Program-made: the position numbers and the translations under genes
In this document: positions 8,284-19,895 of the stretch, in pieces
How the letters are laid out: the number at the start of each line of letters is the position of its first letter
Position numbering within the stretch: the stretch's first letter is position 1
DNA from: an uncultured Actinomycetes bacterium
GTDB taxonomy: Bacteria; Actinomycetota; Actinomycetes; S36-B12; CAIYMF01
Reading direction: 5' to 3'
Assembly: GCA_963843975.1 (NCBI GenBank)
Contig: CAWJMG010000003.1
Coordinates: forward strand, 660,001-692,000
Length of the DNA: 32,000 nucleotides
Notes under the pieces: generated by a model
The model's database searches: none
The model's input: only the letters and a program-made list of their open reading frames with translations
Told to the model about the DNA's origin: nothing

Positions 8284-10398
8284 TCAGGACGAGACGGCCG
8301 CCAGTGACTCGTGGGCGGCGGCCACCACAGCCTCGGCGGTGATGCCGAACTCACGGAACAGCGTCGCGGCATCCGCAGAGGCGCCGAAGTGCTCGAGCGA
8401 GACGGCGCGGCCGTCGGTGCCGAGGTACTTCCACCAGCCCTGCGCGATGCCGGCCTCGACCGAGATGCGGGCGCGCACCGAGCTCGGCAGCACCGACTCG
8501 CGGTAGTCGGAGTCCTGCTCCTCGAACCACTCGACGCTGGGCACCGAGACGACGCGGGTGGGCGTGCCGGCGGCCTCGAGGGTCTCGCGCGCCGAGAGGG
8601 CCAGCTGCACCTCCGAGCCGGTCGCGAGGATCAGCACGGCGGGGGAGCCGCCCGAGGCCTCGGCCAGGACGTAGGCACCGCGGGCCGCCTCGGACGCCGG
8701 TGCGAGACCGTCGGCCGCCCGGTCGAAGGTGGGCAGGTTCTGGCGGGTGAGGATCAGGCCGGTCGGCTTGCGACGGCGCAGGATCTCCTCCCAGACGGCG
8801 GCGGTCTCGTTGGCGTCGCCGGGGCGGACGACGGCGAGGCCCGGGATCGCGCGCAGCGCCCAGAGGTGCTCGACCGGCTGGTGCGTGGGGCCGTCCTCGC
8901 CGAGGCCGATGGAGTCGTGCGTCCAGACGTAGGTGACGTTGACGCCCATGATCGCCGCGACTCGGACAGCACCGCGCATGTAGTCGGAGAACACGAGGAA
9001 CGTGCCGCCGAACGGGCGCAGCAGGCCCGACAGGGCCATGCCCGAGAGCGCCGAGCCCATGGCGTGCTCGCGGATGCCGAAGTGCAGGATCCGGCCGTAC
9101 GGCGACTGGCTCTTGCCGAACGGCGACGTGGCCGAGACGACCGTGCCCTCGGGCAGGAACGACGGCGCGCCCTCGATGGTCGTGTTGTTGCTCTCGGCCA
9201 GGTCAGCGGAGCCGCCCACGAACTCCGGCAGCTGGGAGGCGATGGCCTGGATGACCTCGCCGCTGGCCTTGCGCGTCGCGACGGCCGTGCCCGGCTCGAA
9301 CTCCGGCAGCGTGAAGCCCTCGGGCAGCGTGCCGGCCACGAGGCGGTCGAGGAGCGCGGCGCGGTCGGGGTTGGCGGTGCGCCAGGCGGCGTAGGCGACG
9401 TCCCACTGACCGTGCATCGCGGCACCGCGGGCCATGACCTCGCGGGCGTGCGCGAGCACCTCGGGGGCGACGTCGAAGCTCTTCTCCGGGTCGAACCCGA
9501 GCAGCTCCTTGGTGGCGGCGACCTCGGGGGCGCCCAGGGCGGAGCCGTGCGCCTTGAACGTGTTGCGCAGGGTGGGTGCCGGCCAGCCGATCACGGTCTG
9601 CAGGCGGATGAAGGTGGGGCGGCTTCGCTCGGCGCGGGCGGCGTCGAGCGCGCGGGCCAGGCCCTCGACGTCGACGTTGCCGTCGGGCAGGACGTCGACG
9701 GACTCCACGTGCCAGCCGTAGGCGGCGTAGCGCGCGAGGACGTCCTCGCTGAAGGCGACCGCGGTGTCGTCCTCGATCGAGATCTTGTTGTCGTCCCAGA
9801 CCACGTGGAGGTTGCCCAGCTTCTGGGTGCCGGCGAGCGAGGACGCCTCGGAGGTCACGCCCTCCTCGAGGTCGCCGTCGGAGGCGATCACCCAGACGTC
9901 GTGGTCGAACGGGCTGGTGCCCGCTGCCGCGTCGGGGTCCAGCAGGCCGCGCTCGTAGCGCTGGCCCATCGCGAGACCGACGGCGGTGGCGAGGCCCTGG
10001 CCGAGCGGGCCGGTCGTGGTCTCGACGCCGGCGGTGTGCCCGAACTCGGGGTGGCCCGGGGTCAGCGCGCCCCAGGTGCGGAACGACTGCAGGTCGGACA
10101 GCTCCACGCCGTACCCGGACAGGAAGAGCTGCACGTACAGCGTGAGCGACGAGTGGCCGCAGGAGAGCACGAAGCGGTCGCGCCCGAGCCAGCCGGCGTC
10201 GGCCGGGTCGTGGCGCAGGAAGCGCTGGAAGATGAGGTACGCCGCCGGCGCGAGGCTCATGGCGGTGCCCGGGTGGCCGTTGCCGACATTCTGGACGGAG
10301 TCGGCCGCCAGGATGCGGGCCGTGTCGACCGCGCGGCGGTCGAGATCGGTCCAGGAGGCGGGGTCGAACGGGGCTGCGGTGGAGGGGCTGCTCGTCAC
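8284..10398 (-). CDS. tkt: Transketolase
   Basis: The 1036-aa ORF is trimmed to the in-frame GTG at 10398, giving 704 aa. The product has GNGHPGTAMSLAP and GHSSLTLY motifs, a GDGxxxEG-type thiamine diphosphate-binding motif (ASDGDLEEGV), and a pattern colinear with actinobacterial Tkt. Upstream ORF sequence is Arg/His-rich junk antisense to ctaB. Confidence 0.9.
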   Translation of the reverse strand: MTSSPSTAAPFDPASWTDLDRRAVDTARILAADSVQNVGNGHPGTAMSLAPAAYLIFQRFLRHDPADAGWLGRDRFVLSCGHSSLTLYVQLFLSGYGVELSDLQSFRTWGALTPGHPEFGHTAGVETTTGPLGQGLATAVGLAMGQRYERGLLDPDAAAGTSPFDHDVWVIASDGDLEEGVTSEASSLAGTQKLGNLHVVWDDNKISIEDDTAVAFSEDVLARYAAYGWHVESVDVLPDGNVDVEGLARALDAARAERSRPTFIRLQTVIGWPAPTLRNTFKAHGSALGAPEVAATKELLGFDPEKSFDVAPEVLAHAREVMARGAAMHGQWDVAYAAWRTANPDRAALLDRLVAGTLPEGFTLPEFEPGTAVATRKASGEVIQAIASQLPEFVGGSADLAESNNTTIEGAPSFLPEGTVVSATSPFGKSQSPYGRILHFGIREHAMGSALSGMALSGLLRPFGGTFLVFSDYMRGAVRVAAIMGVNVTYVWTHDSIGLGEDGPTHQPVEHLWALRAIPGLAVVRPGDANETAAVWEEILRRRKPTGLILTRQNLPTFDRAADGLAPASEAARGAYVLAEASGGSPAVLILATGSEVQLALSARETLEAAGTPTRVVSVPSVEWFEEQDSDYRESVLPSSVRARISVEAGIAQGWWKYLGTDGRAVSLEHFGASADAATLFREFGITAEAVVAAAHESLAAVSS

Positions 10399-10497
10399 GA
10401 GCCACGAGCCTACCGGCGGGAGGTGCCGCGGGGTCGGGGCCGGTAGACTCGCCGCGACCCGCTCGCCCGGGTCCATCCCCAGTCCTGGAGGCCGCGC
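10399..10497. promoter_or_regulatory. Divergent tkt / ctaB control region
   Basis: Inverted repeat CTACCGGC (10410-10417) / GCCGGTAG (10439-10446). Each arm overlaps a TANNNT hexamer: TAGGCT on the minus strand (10412-10407, 8 nt before the tkt GTG, no SD) and TAGACT on the plus strand (10444-10449). GGAGG lies 6 nt before the ctaB GTG. Confidence 0.4.
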
Positions 10498-11460
10498 GTG
10501 ACCGCCGTCGACCCCCGGTCCCTCGAGGCCGGTGATCGGGTGGACCCGACGTCCGTCCGCGGTGGCACCGGTGAGGCGCCGACCCGGTCGAAGGCCGCAG
10601 CCCTCCTGGCACTGACCAAGCCGCGCATCATCGAGCTGCTGCTCGTCACCACCGTCCCCACGATGATCCTGGCCTCGGACGGACTCCCGTCCCTCTGGCT
10701 CGTACTCATCACCGTCTTCGGCGGGTTCCTGGCGGCCGGTGGCGCCAACGCGCTCAACATGTACGTCGACCGCGACATCGACCGCCTCATGGTGCGCACC
10801 GGCCACCGGCCCCTCGTCACCGGCGAGATCAGCCCGCGCACGGGCCTGGTCTTCGGCCTGCTCCTCGCGGTGTCGTCGGTCGTCTGGTTCGCGCTGCTGA
10901 CCAACCTGCTCACCGCCGCGCTCACGGCCGCCGCGATCCTCATGTACGTCGTGGGCTACACGCTGCTGCTCAAGCGCCGTACGCCGCAGAACATCGTCTG
11001 GGGCGGCGCCGCAGGGTGCATGCAGATCCTCATCGGCTGGGCGGCGGTCACGGGGTCGATCACGTGGGCGCCCGTCGTGCTGTTCGGCGTGGTGTTCTTC
11101 TGGACCCCGCCGCATTACTGGCCGCTGTCGCTGCGGTTCAAGGACGACTACGCCGCCGCCGGCGTGCCGATGCTCCCGGTCGTGGCACCGATGTCCCGCG
11201 TGGCGAAGGAGATCATCGGCTACGCGTGGGCGATGGCGCTCACGTCGCTCCTGCTCATCCCCGCCGCCGGCATGACGTGGTTCTACGGCGTCGCCGCGGT
11301 GCTGCTCGGCGGTGCCTTCGTGGCGGAGGCCCACGGGCTCATGCGACGCGTCAAGCGCGGCGACAAGGACGTCAAGGCCATGCGCCTGTTCCACGGGTCC
11401 ATCTCCTACCTCGCGCTCCTCTTCCTCGCCGTGGCCATCGACGCCTTCCTGCCGTGGTGA
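10498..11460 (+). CDS. ctaB: Protoheme IX farnesyltransferase (heme O synthase)
   Basis: 320 aa, a polytopic UbiA-family protein with the [20 protein letters not shown] motif. There is a good RBS. Confidence 0.9.
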   Translation: MTAVDPRSLEAGDRVDPTSVRGGTGEAPTRSKAAALLALTKPRIIELLLVTTVPTMILASDGLPSLWLVLITVFGGFLAAGGANALNMYVDRDIDRLMVRTGHRPLVTGEISPRTGLVFGLLLAVSSVVWFALLTNLLTAALTAAAILMYVVGYTLLLKRRTPQNIVWGGAAGCMQILIGWAAVTGSITWAPVVLFGVVFFWTPPHYWPLSLRFKDDYAAAGVPMLPVVAPMSRVAKEIIGYAWAMALTSLLLIPAAGMTWFYGVAAVLLGGAFVAEAHGLMRRVKRGDKDVKAMRLFHGSISYLALLFLAVAIDAFLPW

Positions 11461-11488
11461 CCCGAGCCCTCCGACGTCCGGCCGGCCT

Positions 11489-12358
11489 GTGACCGACGTC
11501 GTCTACGTCACGCATGAGGTCGACCCGGGCAACCCGTCGCCGGACGTCGACACCGACCTCGAGGTGGCCCTGGCCGCGTTCGCGTGGGAGGGCATCACCT
11601 TCGAGGTGGCTGCCTGGGACGACCACGGCTTCGACTGGTCCGAGGCCGGCCTGGTCCTGGTCCGCAGCCCGTGGGACTACGTGCTCCGGCGCCGAGAGTT
11701 CCTCGCCTGGACCCGGGACGTCAGCGCGCTCACCCGCCTGGAGAACCCGGCCGAGGTGATCGAGGGCAACACCGACAAGTCGTACCTCCGCGAGCTCGCC
11801 GACCGCGGCGTCCGCACCGTGCCGACGGGCTGGGTTGCCCGAGCCGACGACGCCGACGCCGTCGTGGCGCAGATCCGTTCCACCTTCGGCCCGGCGGTCG
11901 TCGTGAAGCCGACCATCTCGGCCGGTGCGCGCGACACGATCCTCACGAGCGATCCCGTCGAGGCCACGATGCACGCGCGCGAGGTCCTGGTCTCCGGGCG
12001 CGGGGTGATGGTGCAGCCCTACCTCGACTCGGTGACGGCCGAGGGGGAGACGAGCGTGCTCGTCATCGACGGCGAGATCACCCACGCGGTCCGCCGTACT
12101 CCCGCCCTGACCGAGGGCGGAACCGGGGGCGACGGCACGCTCGTGCCCCTGACCGACGAGCTCACGGCGATGGCCGAGCACGTGCTCGCGGCCTCAGGCT
12201 CGTCCAAGCATCTCTACGCGCGGGTCGACCTCGTGCGCGATGCCTCCGGCGCCCTCGCGCTGCTCGAGCTCGAGCTCACCGAGCCCACGCTCTTCCTGAC
12301 GCTGCACCCCGACGCTGCCCGCGTCCTGGCCGCCGGCGTCGCCGCCCGCCTCCCCTGA
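11489..12358 (+). CDS. ATP-grasp domain protein (RimK/glutathione-synthetase-like), substrate unknown
   Basis: 289 aa from the first in-frame GTG after the ctaB stop. The pattern ([32 protein letters not shown]...LLELELTEP) resembles ATP-grasp ligases. No SD was seen, so the start is uncertain. Confidence 0.7.
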   Translation: MTDVVYVTHEVDPGNPSPDVDTDLEVALAAFAWEGITFEVAAWDDHGFDWSEAGLVLVRSPWDYVLRRREFLAWTRDVSALTRLENPAEVIEGNTDKSYLRELADRGVRTVPTGWVARADDADAVVAQIRSTFGPAVVVKPTISAGARDTILTSDPVEATMHAREVLVSGRGVMVQPYLDSVTAEGETSVLVIDGEITHAVRRTPALTEGGTGGDGTLVPLTDELTAMAEHVLAASGSSKHLYARVDLVRDASGALALLELELTEPTLFLTLHPDAARVLAAGVAARLP

Positions 12359-12366
12359 GGCGAGGG

Positions 12367-14752
<2,386 letters not shown>

Positions 14753-14831
14753 CGTGCCTCCGTCCGGTGCACCGGCGCCGCTCCCGGCGTCGATGGACGC
14801 CGAGCCTACGTCGAGACGCCGACGGCGGGGG

Positions 14832-15824
14832 TCAGTCGGACGCCGCCACCAGGACCGGCCCCGGCGCGCCGCGACGACGCGTGCGCAGGAGCAGCCGGAC
14901 CGTCGCCCACCAGACGACGACCGAGCCGAGGACGTGCACAGCGACGAGCACCCAGGGGAGGCCGGTGAAGTACTGCACGTAGCCGACTCCGGCCTGCGCC
15001 AGCATCAGCAGCAGCACCACCACGGCGTCGTGGGCCACGTCGTACGTGTCCGATCGGGAGGCTCGCAGGGCCACGATGAGGCCTGCGAGCAGGCCGAGGG
15101 CGAGGAAGACGACGTCGGCATGCAGCCAGGAGATCAGCTGCGGGTCCAGGCCGAGCCGGGGCGTGCGCTCGTCGCCCGCGTGCGGGCCGCTCGCCGTCAC
15201 GAGGACACCCAGCACGACCACGACGGCCATGACACCGGTGAGCACGTGGATGCCGATGCGGATCTCGCGGCGCACCGCCTCGAGGACGGGCTCGTCGCCG
15301 TACTCGCCGGATCGGTGGACGAGCATCGTGCAGAACAGCACCAGCACGAGCGAGAGCAGGAAGTGCGAGCCGACGACGAGCGGGCTGAGGCCGGTGAGCA
15401 CCGTGATACCGCCCAGCACTGCCTGGGCGACGGTGCCGAGGAACGGCACGAAGGCCAGCCGGGTGAGCACGGGACGGGCGGGGAGGTCCTCGCGCCTGCG
15501 ACGCCGGGCGTCGTACAGCGCGGCGACGATGGAGGCGGCCGCGAGCAGGACCAGCACGAAGGTGAGCGTGCGGTTGCCGAACTCGATGAGCTTGTGGAAG
15601 CCCTCCGACTGCTCGGGCGTAGGGACGAACGAGCCCTCGGTGCACTGCGGCCAGGTGGGGCACCCGAGACCTGAGCCCGTGAGACGTACGACAGCACCGG
15701 TGACGACGATCGCGCCCTGGGCCACGAGGTTGGCGACGTACACGCCGCGGACCGCCTTGGGTGCGCGGCCACCTTCGCGCACGAGCGCCACCTGGACGCT
15801 GGTGGGAGCGGCGTCAGTCGTCAC
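14832..15824 (-). CDS. ctaA: Heme A synthase (COX15/CtaA family)
   Basis: 330 aa, multi-pass membrane protein with the CPTWPQC cysteine pair in the first loop and conserved His in the helices. It occupies the same neighbourhood position as mycobacterial ctaA. Confidence 0.85.
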   Translation of the reverse strand: MTTDAAPTSVQVALVREGGRAPKAVRGVYVANLVAQGAIVVTGAVVRLTGSGLGCPTWPQCTEGSFVPTPEQSEGFHKLIEFGNRTLTFVLVLLAAASIVAALYDARRRRREDLPARPVLTRLAFVPFLGTVAQAVLGGITVLTGLSPLVVGSHFLLSLVLVLFCTMLVHRSGEYGDEPVLEAVRREIRIGIHVLTGVMAVVVVLGVLVTASGPHAGDERTPRLGLDPQLISWLHADVVFLALGLLAGLIVALRASRSDTYDVAHDAVVVLLLMLAQAGVGYVQYFTGLPWVLVAVHVLGSVVVWWATVRLLLRTRRRGAPGPVLVAASD

Positions 15825-15831
15825 GGTGGCC

Positions 15832-15837
15832 AGGGTA
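15832..15837 (-). promoter_or_regulatory. -10-like hexamer TACCCT 7 nt upstream of the ctaA GTG (leaderless-type candidate)
   Basis: The minus strand reads TACCCT-ggccacc-GTG with no SD. A small hairpin GGCGAG-gcgg-CTCGCC (15838-15853) lies just upstream, after the anti-sigma stop. Confidence 0.25.
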
Positions 15838-15896
15838 GGCGAGGCGGCTCGCCATCACCCTCCGGGACAGGCTCCGAGCGACGAGGCTCACAGGCC

Positions 15897-16632
15897 TCAT
15901 GCCGGGAGGATGCCGCGCACCAACGAGTTGTGCGAGTGCTCCGGGTTGCCGTCCTGGGGCTCGAGCGACACGTCGACCACGGGGTAGTCCGACATCGAGA
16001 CGCCCGGAGGCATCGCGAAGACGCCCTTGTCGGTGCCGTCGAGCACGCCGAGCGCGATGAGCTTCGTGGCGTCCTTGTCGAGCAGCCAGACCTCGTAGAA
16101 CCCGTCGGACTTCGCGAGGCCGGACACGTCCACGGAGACCTGAGGGCCGTTCGCGGTGGAGACGACGGTGACCTCGCCCTTCGCCGTCTGCCCCTCGAGG
16201 GGCTCGAGCGGGGCGGCGGCGAGCACCTGAGGGGTGGCCGCCGAACCGCCGGTGGTGGCCGCGTAGACGCCGCCTCCTCCCACGACGAGGCCGAGGCAGG
16301 CGGCCGCGGCGAGCGCGAGCCAGCCCGGGGCCCGGCGACGGCGCTCGGAGAGGCTGCACGACAGGAGCGGGCGCCGCGTCGGCCGCGAGCTCGGCCTGGA
16401 TACCGGCCCAGACGGACTCCGGGGGAGCGACGGGGGCGTCGTCGAGGGTCACCCGGCGGGCGGAGCGGACCACGGCAGAGAGCTCGTCGAGCTCGGACGA
16501 GCAGACGCCGCAGGCGCTGAGGTGGCGCTCGTTCGCCACGTACTCCTCCGGCGTGCCCGGGCGCTCGCCGAGGGCGAGAAGCGCGAGCAGCTCCGGGTCG
16601 AGGTGGACGCCGTCATGCGGAGAGAGAGGCAT
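15897..16632 (-). pseudogene. Anti-sigma factor (zf-HC2-like N-domain, TM helix, RskA-like extracytoplasmic domain), frame-disrupted between about 16344 and 16385
   Basis: The frame from ATG 16632 encodes MPLSPHDG...HLSACGVCSSELDEL...ESVWAGIQAELAA, then degenerates into Arg-rich sequence. The adjacent frame encodes ERRRRAPGWLALAAAACLGLVVGGGGVYAA (TM helix) followed by ...FYEVWLLDKD...PEHSHNSLVRGILPA, ending at 15897. That frame has no start codon ahead of its TM helix. Confidence 0.7.
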
Positions 16633-17219
16633 CGTCCACCTCCAGTCGGGTGCGGAGCCGGTCGAGCGACCGGCGGATGTGGGACTTCACCGTGCCGAGC
16701 GGGAGGCTCAGCAGGCTCGAGATCTGTGCGTGGGTCAGGTCGTGGAAGAACGCGAGCTCCATGATCCTGCGCTGTGGCTCCCCGAGGCGAGCGAGCTCGT
16801 CGGCAAGCAGGACCCGGTCGGCGACTCCGGACTCGGGGCCGTCTGCAGGCAGGGTGTCAGCGGTGGACCCGACGGCCTCGACGGCACGCCGCTCGCGCGA
16901 CCTGGCCTCCCAGCGGTCGGCGATCCGCCTGCGGGTGATGGTGACCAGCCACCCAGGAAGGCTGCCGGCCTCCGGGTCGAAGCCCTTCTGGCCCTTCCAG
17001 GCGGCGACGAACACCTGCTGCGTGATGTCCGCGGCATCCTCGGAGTCGCCCGTCGAGCGCAGGGCGAGCGTGTGGACCAGCGACGACCAGCGTCGGTAGG
17101 CCTCGGGCAGCGCCTCAGGGTCGCCGGCGGCGAACCGCCTGCCGAGGCTCGGCCACCTCGGGGTCGGGGACCGCTCGGGGTCGGGGCACCGAGCGGGCGG
17201 CGGCGGTGGCCGTGCTCAC
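16613..17219 (-). pseudogene. ECF-type sigma-70 family factor, frame-disrupted between about 17134 and 17215 (most simply at 17146-17147)
   Basis: Regions 2 and 4 ([48 protein letters not shown] ... [32 protein letters not shown]) are in a frame that has a TGA at 17216-17218 and no ATG/GTG/TTG before 17014. The only plausible starts, GTG 17219 (GAGGAG 6 nt upstream) or GTG 17300, are in the adjacent frame, which stops at 17115. The 3' end overlaps the anti-sigma ATG by 20 nt. Confidence 0.65.
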
Positions 17220-17357
17220 GTCTGGCTCCTCGGTCGGCGTCACGGCTGAAGGCTCGCGCAGGCGCGGCGGGTCCGCATCTCGGTCCTCGTCCGTGCCCAC
17301 ACCCCCTCTTCCGCCACGGGTGCCCGTCTGGATGCGGGGTGGGCCGAGATCTTCCGG

Positions 17358-18149
17358 CTAGTCCCAGCGGAACGTGCGCGCGGTCGCCACGCCGGCCGCG
17401 GCTCCCCAGGCGACCAGCACCAGGAGCGGGCCCAGCGGCAGCCCGGTGCCGTCCAGCAGCACCGAGCGCAGGCCCTCGCCGAGAGCCCCGGACGGCAGCC
17501 ACGGGACGACGGCCGCCCAGGCGTCGGGCAGGCGGGTCGCCGGCACGACCAGGCCGCCGGCCACCAGCATCAGCAGGTAGAGGCCGTTGGCCACGGCCAG
17601 CGTGCCCTCGGCGCGGAGCGTGCCGCCGAGCAGCAGCCCGAGCGCCGAGAAGGTCGCCGTACCGACCAGGAGGACCAGGGCCGCCGCCAGCGGCGTTCCG
17701 GCGGGGTGCCAGCCGAGGGCCAGGGCGACGCCCGCGACGAGCGCGACCTGCACCAGCTCGACAGCCAGCACGCCGAGGGTCTTGGCGAGCAGGAGCCCGG
17801 TGCGGCCGAGCGGCGTGGAGCCCAGCAGGCGCAGGACGCCGTACCTGCGCTCGAACCCGACCGCGATGGCCTGGCCCGTGAAGGCGGTGGAGACGACGGC
17901 CAGCGCCAGGACGCCCGGCGCGACGGCGTCGACGGCGGGGGAGTGGCCCACGACGTCGACCGGGAGGCGGGACAGGCCCACGAGCAGGATCAGCGGGATC
18001 GCCAGCGTGAGCAGCAGCTGCTCGCCGTTGCGCAGCGTGGAGCGCACCTCGTACGCCGCCTGCGACAGCACGATCCGCGCCATCGGGGCGGCGCCCGGGT
18101 CGGGGGCCAGGCCGCCGGGCACCCGGGTGCCGGACGCGTCGGTGCTCAT
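17358..18149 (-). CDS. ABC-2 type transporter permease
   Basis: 263 aa from the ATG at 18149, which forms an ATGA overlap with the ATPase stop. It has about six hydrophobic segments. The upstream part of the 600-aa ORF is out-of-frame junk over the ATPase gene. Confidence 0.85.
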   Translation of the reverse strand: MSTDASGTRVPGGLAPDPGAAPMARIVLSQAAYEVRSTLRNGEQLLLTLAIPLILLVGLSRLPVDVVGHSPAVDAVAPGVLALAVVSTAFTGQAIAVGFERRYGVLRLLGSTPLGRTGLLLAKTLGVLAVELVQVALVAGVALALGWHPAGTPLAAALVLLVGTATFSALGLLLGGTLRAEGTLAVANGLYLLMLVAGGLVVPATRLPDAWAAVVPWLPSGALGEGLRSVLLDGTGLPLGPLLVLVAWGAAAGVATARTFRWD

Positions 18150-19084
18150 GGGCGCAGGTCCCGTCCCGTGAGCTCGAGGAACACGTCCTCGAGCGAGCGG
18201 CGCCCGCTCGACAGCGACCGCGGGCTTGTGCCGTTCTCGGCGCACCAGGCGCTGACTGCGGCGAGGACCTCCGGGCCGAGCGGCGCCTCCACCCGGTACG
18301 AGCCCGCGGGGGACTCCGTCACGAGGGAGCCTTCGGGCAGCTCGGCGGCGAGGGCCGCGACGTCGAGGCCCGGCGCCGCTGTGAAGGTGAGCACCTCGGC
18401 GTCGCCTGTCAGCTGGGCGGGGCTGCCGTCGGCCACCACGCGGCCGCGGTCGATGACCACGATCTGGTCGGCCAGCCGCTCGGCCTCGTCGAGCAGGTGC
18501 GTGGTGAGCACGATCGTGACGCCGTCGGCACGGAGCTGCTCGACCAGCTCCCACGAGGTGATCCGGGCCTGCGGATCCATGCCGGCGCTGGGCTCGTCGA
18601 GGAACACCAGGTCCGGGCGTCCTACCAGGGCGCAGGCGAGGGCGAGCCGCTGCTTCTCGCCGCCCGACATCCGGCGGTACGTCGCCCGTACCCCATGCAG
18701 CCCCAGCCGGTCGGCCAGGTCGTCGACGTCCAGCGGCCGCGCGTAGAAGGAGGCGAGGTGACGCAGCACCGGCAGGGCTCGGGACGAGGCGTAGATGCCC
18801 CCGCTCTGCAGCATCACGCCCACCCGTGGGCGCAGCGCCGCCGCGTCGCGCAGCGGGTCGAGGCCCCAGACCCGGACCGATCCGGCATCCGGCCTGCGGT
18901 AGCCCTCGCACACCTCGACCGTGCTGGTCTTGCCGGCGCCGTTCGGTCCGAGGACGGCGGTGATGCTGCCGGCGGCGACCGTGAAGGAGACGCCGTCCAG
19001 GGCCCGGGTGGGGCCGTAGCTGAGCTCCAGGGAGTCGACGACCACGGCGGGCGTGGTGCCGCCGGAGGCGTTGCTCGAGGTCAC
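18146..19084 (-). CDS. ABC transporter ATP-binding protein (partner of the ABC-2 permease)
   Basis: Walker A GPNGAGKTS, signature SGGEKQR, Walker B LVFLDEPSAGMD. The start is set at GTG 19084 (312 aa). The ORF is open further upstream into the sufR promoter region, so the start is uncertain. Confidence 0.85.
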   Translation of the reverse strand: MTSSNASGGTTPAVVVDSLELSYGPTRALDGVSFTVAAGSITAVLGPNGAGKTSTVEVCEGYRRPDAGSVRVWGLDPLRDAAALRPRVGVMLQSGGIYASSRALPVLRHLASFYARPLDVDDLADRLGLHGVRATYRRMSGGEKQRLALACALVGRPDLVFLDEPSAGMDPQARITSWELVEQLRADGVTIVLTTHLLDEAERLADQIVVIDRGRVVADGSPAQLTGDAEVLTFTAAPGLDVAALAAELPEGSLVTESPAGSYRVEAPLGPEVLAAVSAWCAENGTSPRSLSSGRRSLEDVFLELTGRDLRP

Positions 19085-19165
19085 CCTGCGAGCATAGGCA
19101 GCACCCCGCGCACCGCCCGTCGGCGGGCCGGGCAGGCCCGAGGGTGCGGATCGGAACCAATTAGG

Positions 19166-19179
19166 CAACAATGACGTTG
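19166..19179. promoter_or_regulatory. Candidate SufR operator, palindrome CAAC-N6-GTTG
   Basis: CAACaatgacGTTG lies in the only clearly AT-rich patch of the ATPase/sufR divergent intergenic region (GGAACCAATTAGGCAACAATGACGTTGTGAAATC). Its right arm ends on the first G of the predicted sufR GTG. Confidence 0.45.
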
Positions 19180-19895
19180 TGAAATCGACCGCCCCCCTGT
19201 CAGGAGCCCCCGCCCGCGTGGCGCGGACCCTGCTCGAAGGCGGTCCCCAGACGGCGGCGACGCTCGCCGAGCGACTGGGCCTGACCACGACCGCTGTGCG
19301 CCGCCACCTCGACGCGCTGCTCGAGGCCGGCCACGTCGAGGCCACCGAGAAGGCGCCGTACGGCCCGGGCGCGATCTCGACCAGCCGGGGCCGAGGCCGA
19401 CCGGCCAAGGTCTTCAGCCTCACCGCCGCCGGGCGCGACGCGTTCGAGCAGCAGTACGACGACCTCGCGGTCGGCGCCCTGCGCTACCTCGCAGAGACCG
19501 GGGGTGACGCTGCGGTGGAGGGCTTCGCCCGGCACCGGGTGTCCGAGCTCGAGCGGCGCTACGCCACCACGCTGGCCGACGTCTGCGAGTCCGACCGGCC
19601 GCAGGTGCTCGTCGCTGCCCTCTCCGGCGACGGCTTCGCGGCCACGCTCGTGGAGAACGAGACCGGGTACGCCGTCCAGATCTGCCAGCACCACTGCCCG
19701 GTCGGCCACGTGGCCGCCGAGTTCCCCGTGTTCTGCGAGGCCGAGACCGAGGCGTTCTCGCGCCTGCTCGGCACGCACGTCACCCGACTCGCGACGCTCG
19801 CCCATGGCGACGGCGTGTGCACCACCCTCGTCCCGCGCCAGCCGGCGTCGGACGTGCCGATCACCACCCGCGCCACCACGGAGGTCAGCTCATGA
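19179..19895 (+). CDS. sufR: SufR-type transcriptional regulator (winged HTH plus C-terminal Cys cluster)
   Basis: 238 aa with an N-terminal wHTH ([27 protein letters not shown]). The C-terminal cysteines CQHHC...C...C fit an Fe-S sensing domain. It lies immediately upstream of sufB with an ATGA overlap. Confidence 0.85.
   Translation: MKSTAPLSGAPARVARTLLEGGPQTAATLAERLGLTTTAVRRHLDALLEAGHVEATEKAPYGPGAISTSRGRGRPAKVFSLTAAGRDAFEQQYDDLAVGALRYLAETGGDAAVEGFARHRVSELERRYATTLADVCESDRPQVLVAALSGDGFAATLVENETGYAVQICQHHCPVGHVAAEFPVFCEAETEAFSRLLGTHVTRLATLAHGDGVCTTLVPRQPASDVPITTRATTEVSS

Noticed and set aside
15814-16632. 272-aa ORF taken as a complete anti-sigma factor overlapping the ctaA start.
   Set aside because: After about residue 90 it becomes poly-Arg/Gly nonsense. 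The TM helix and RskA-like domain are read in the neighbouring frame, which ends at 15897.
17220-17357. Possible autoregulated ECF promoter (GGAAG ... ) upstream of the sigma gene.
   Set aside because: No convincing GGAAC-N16/17-CGTC-type pair could be aligned, and the start codon itself is ambiguous (17219 versus 17300).
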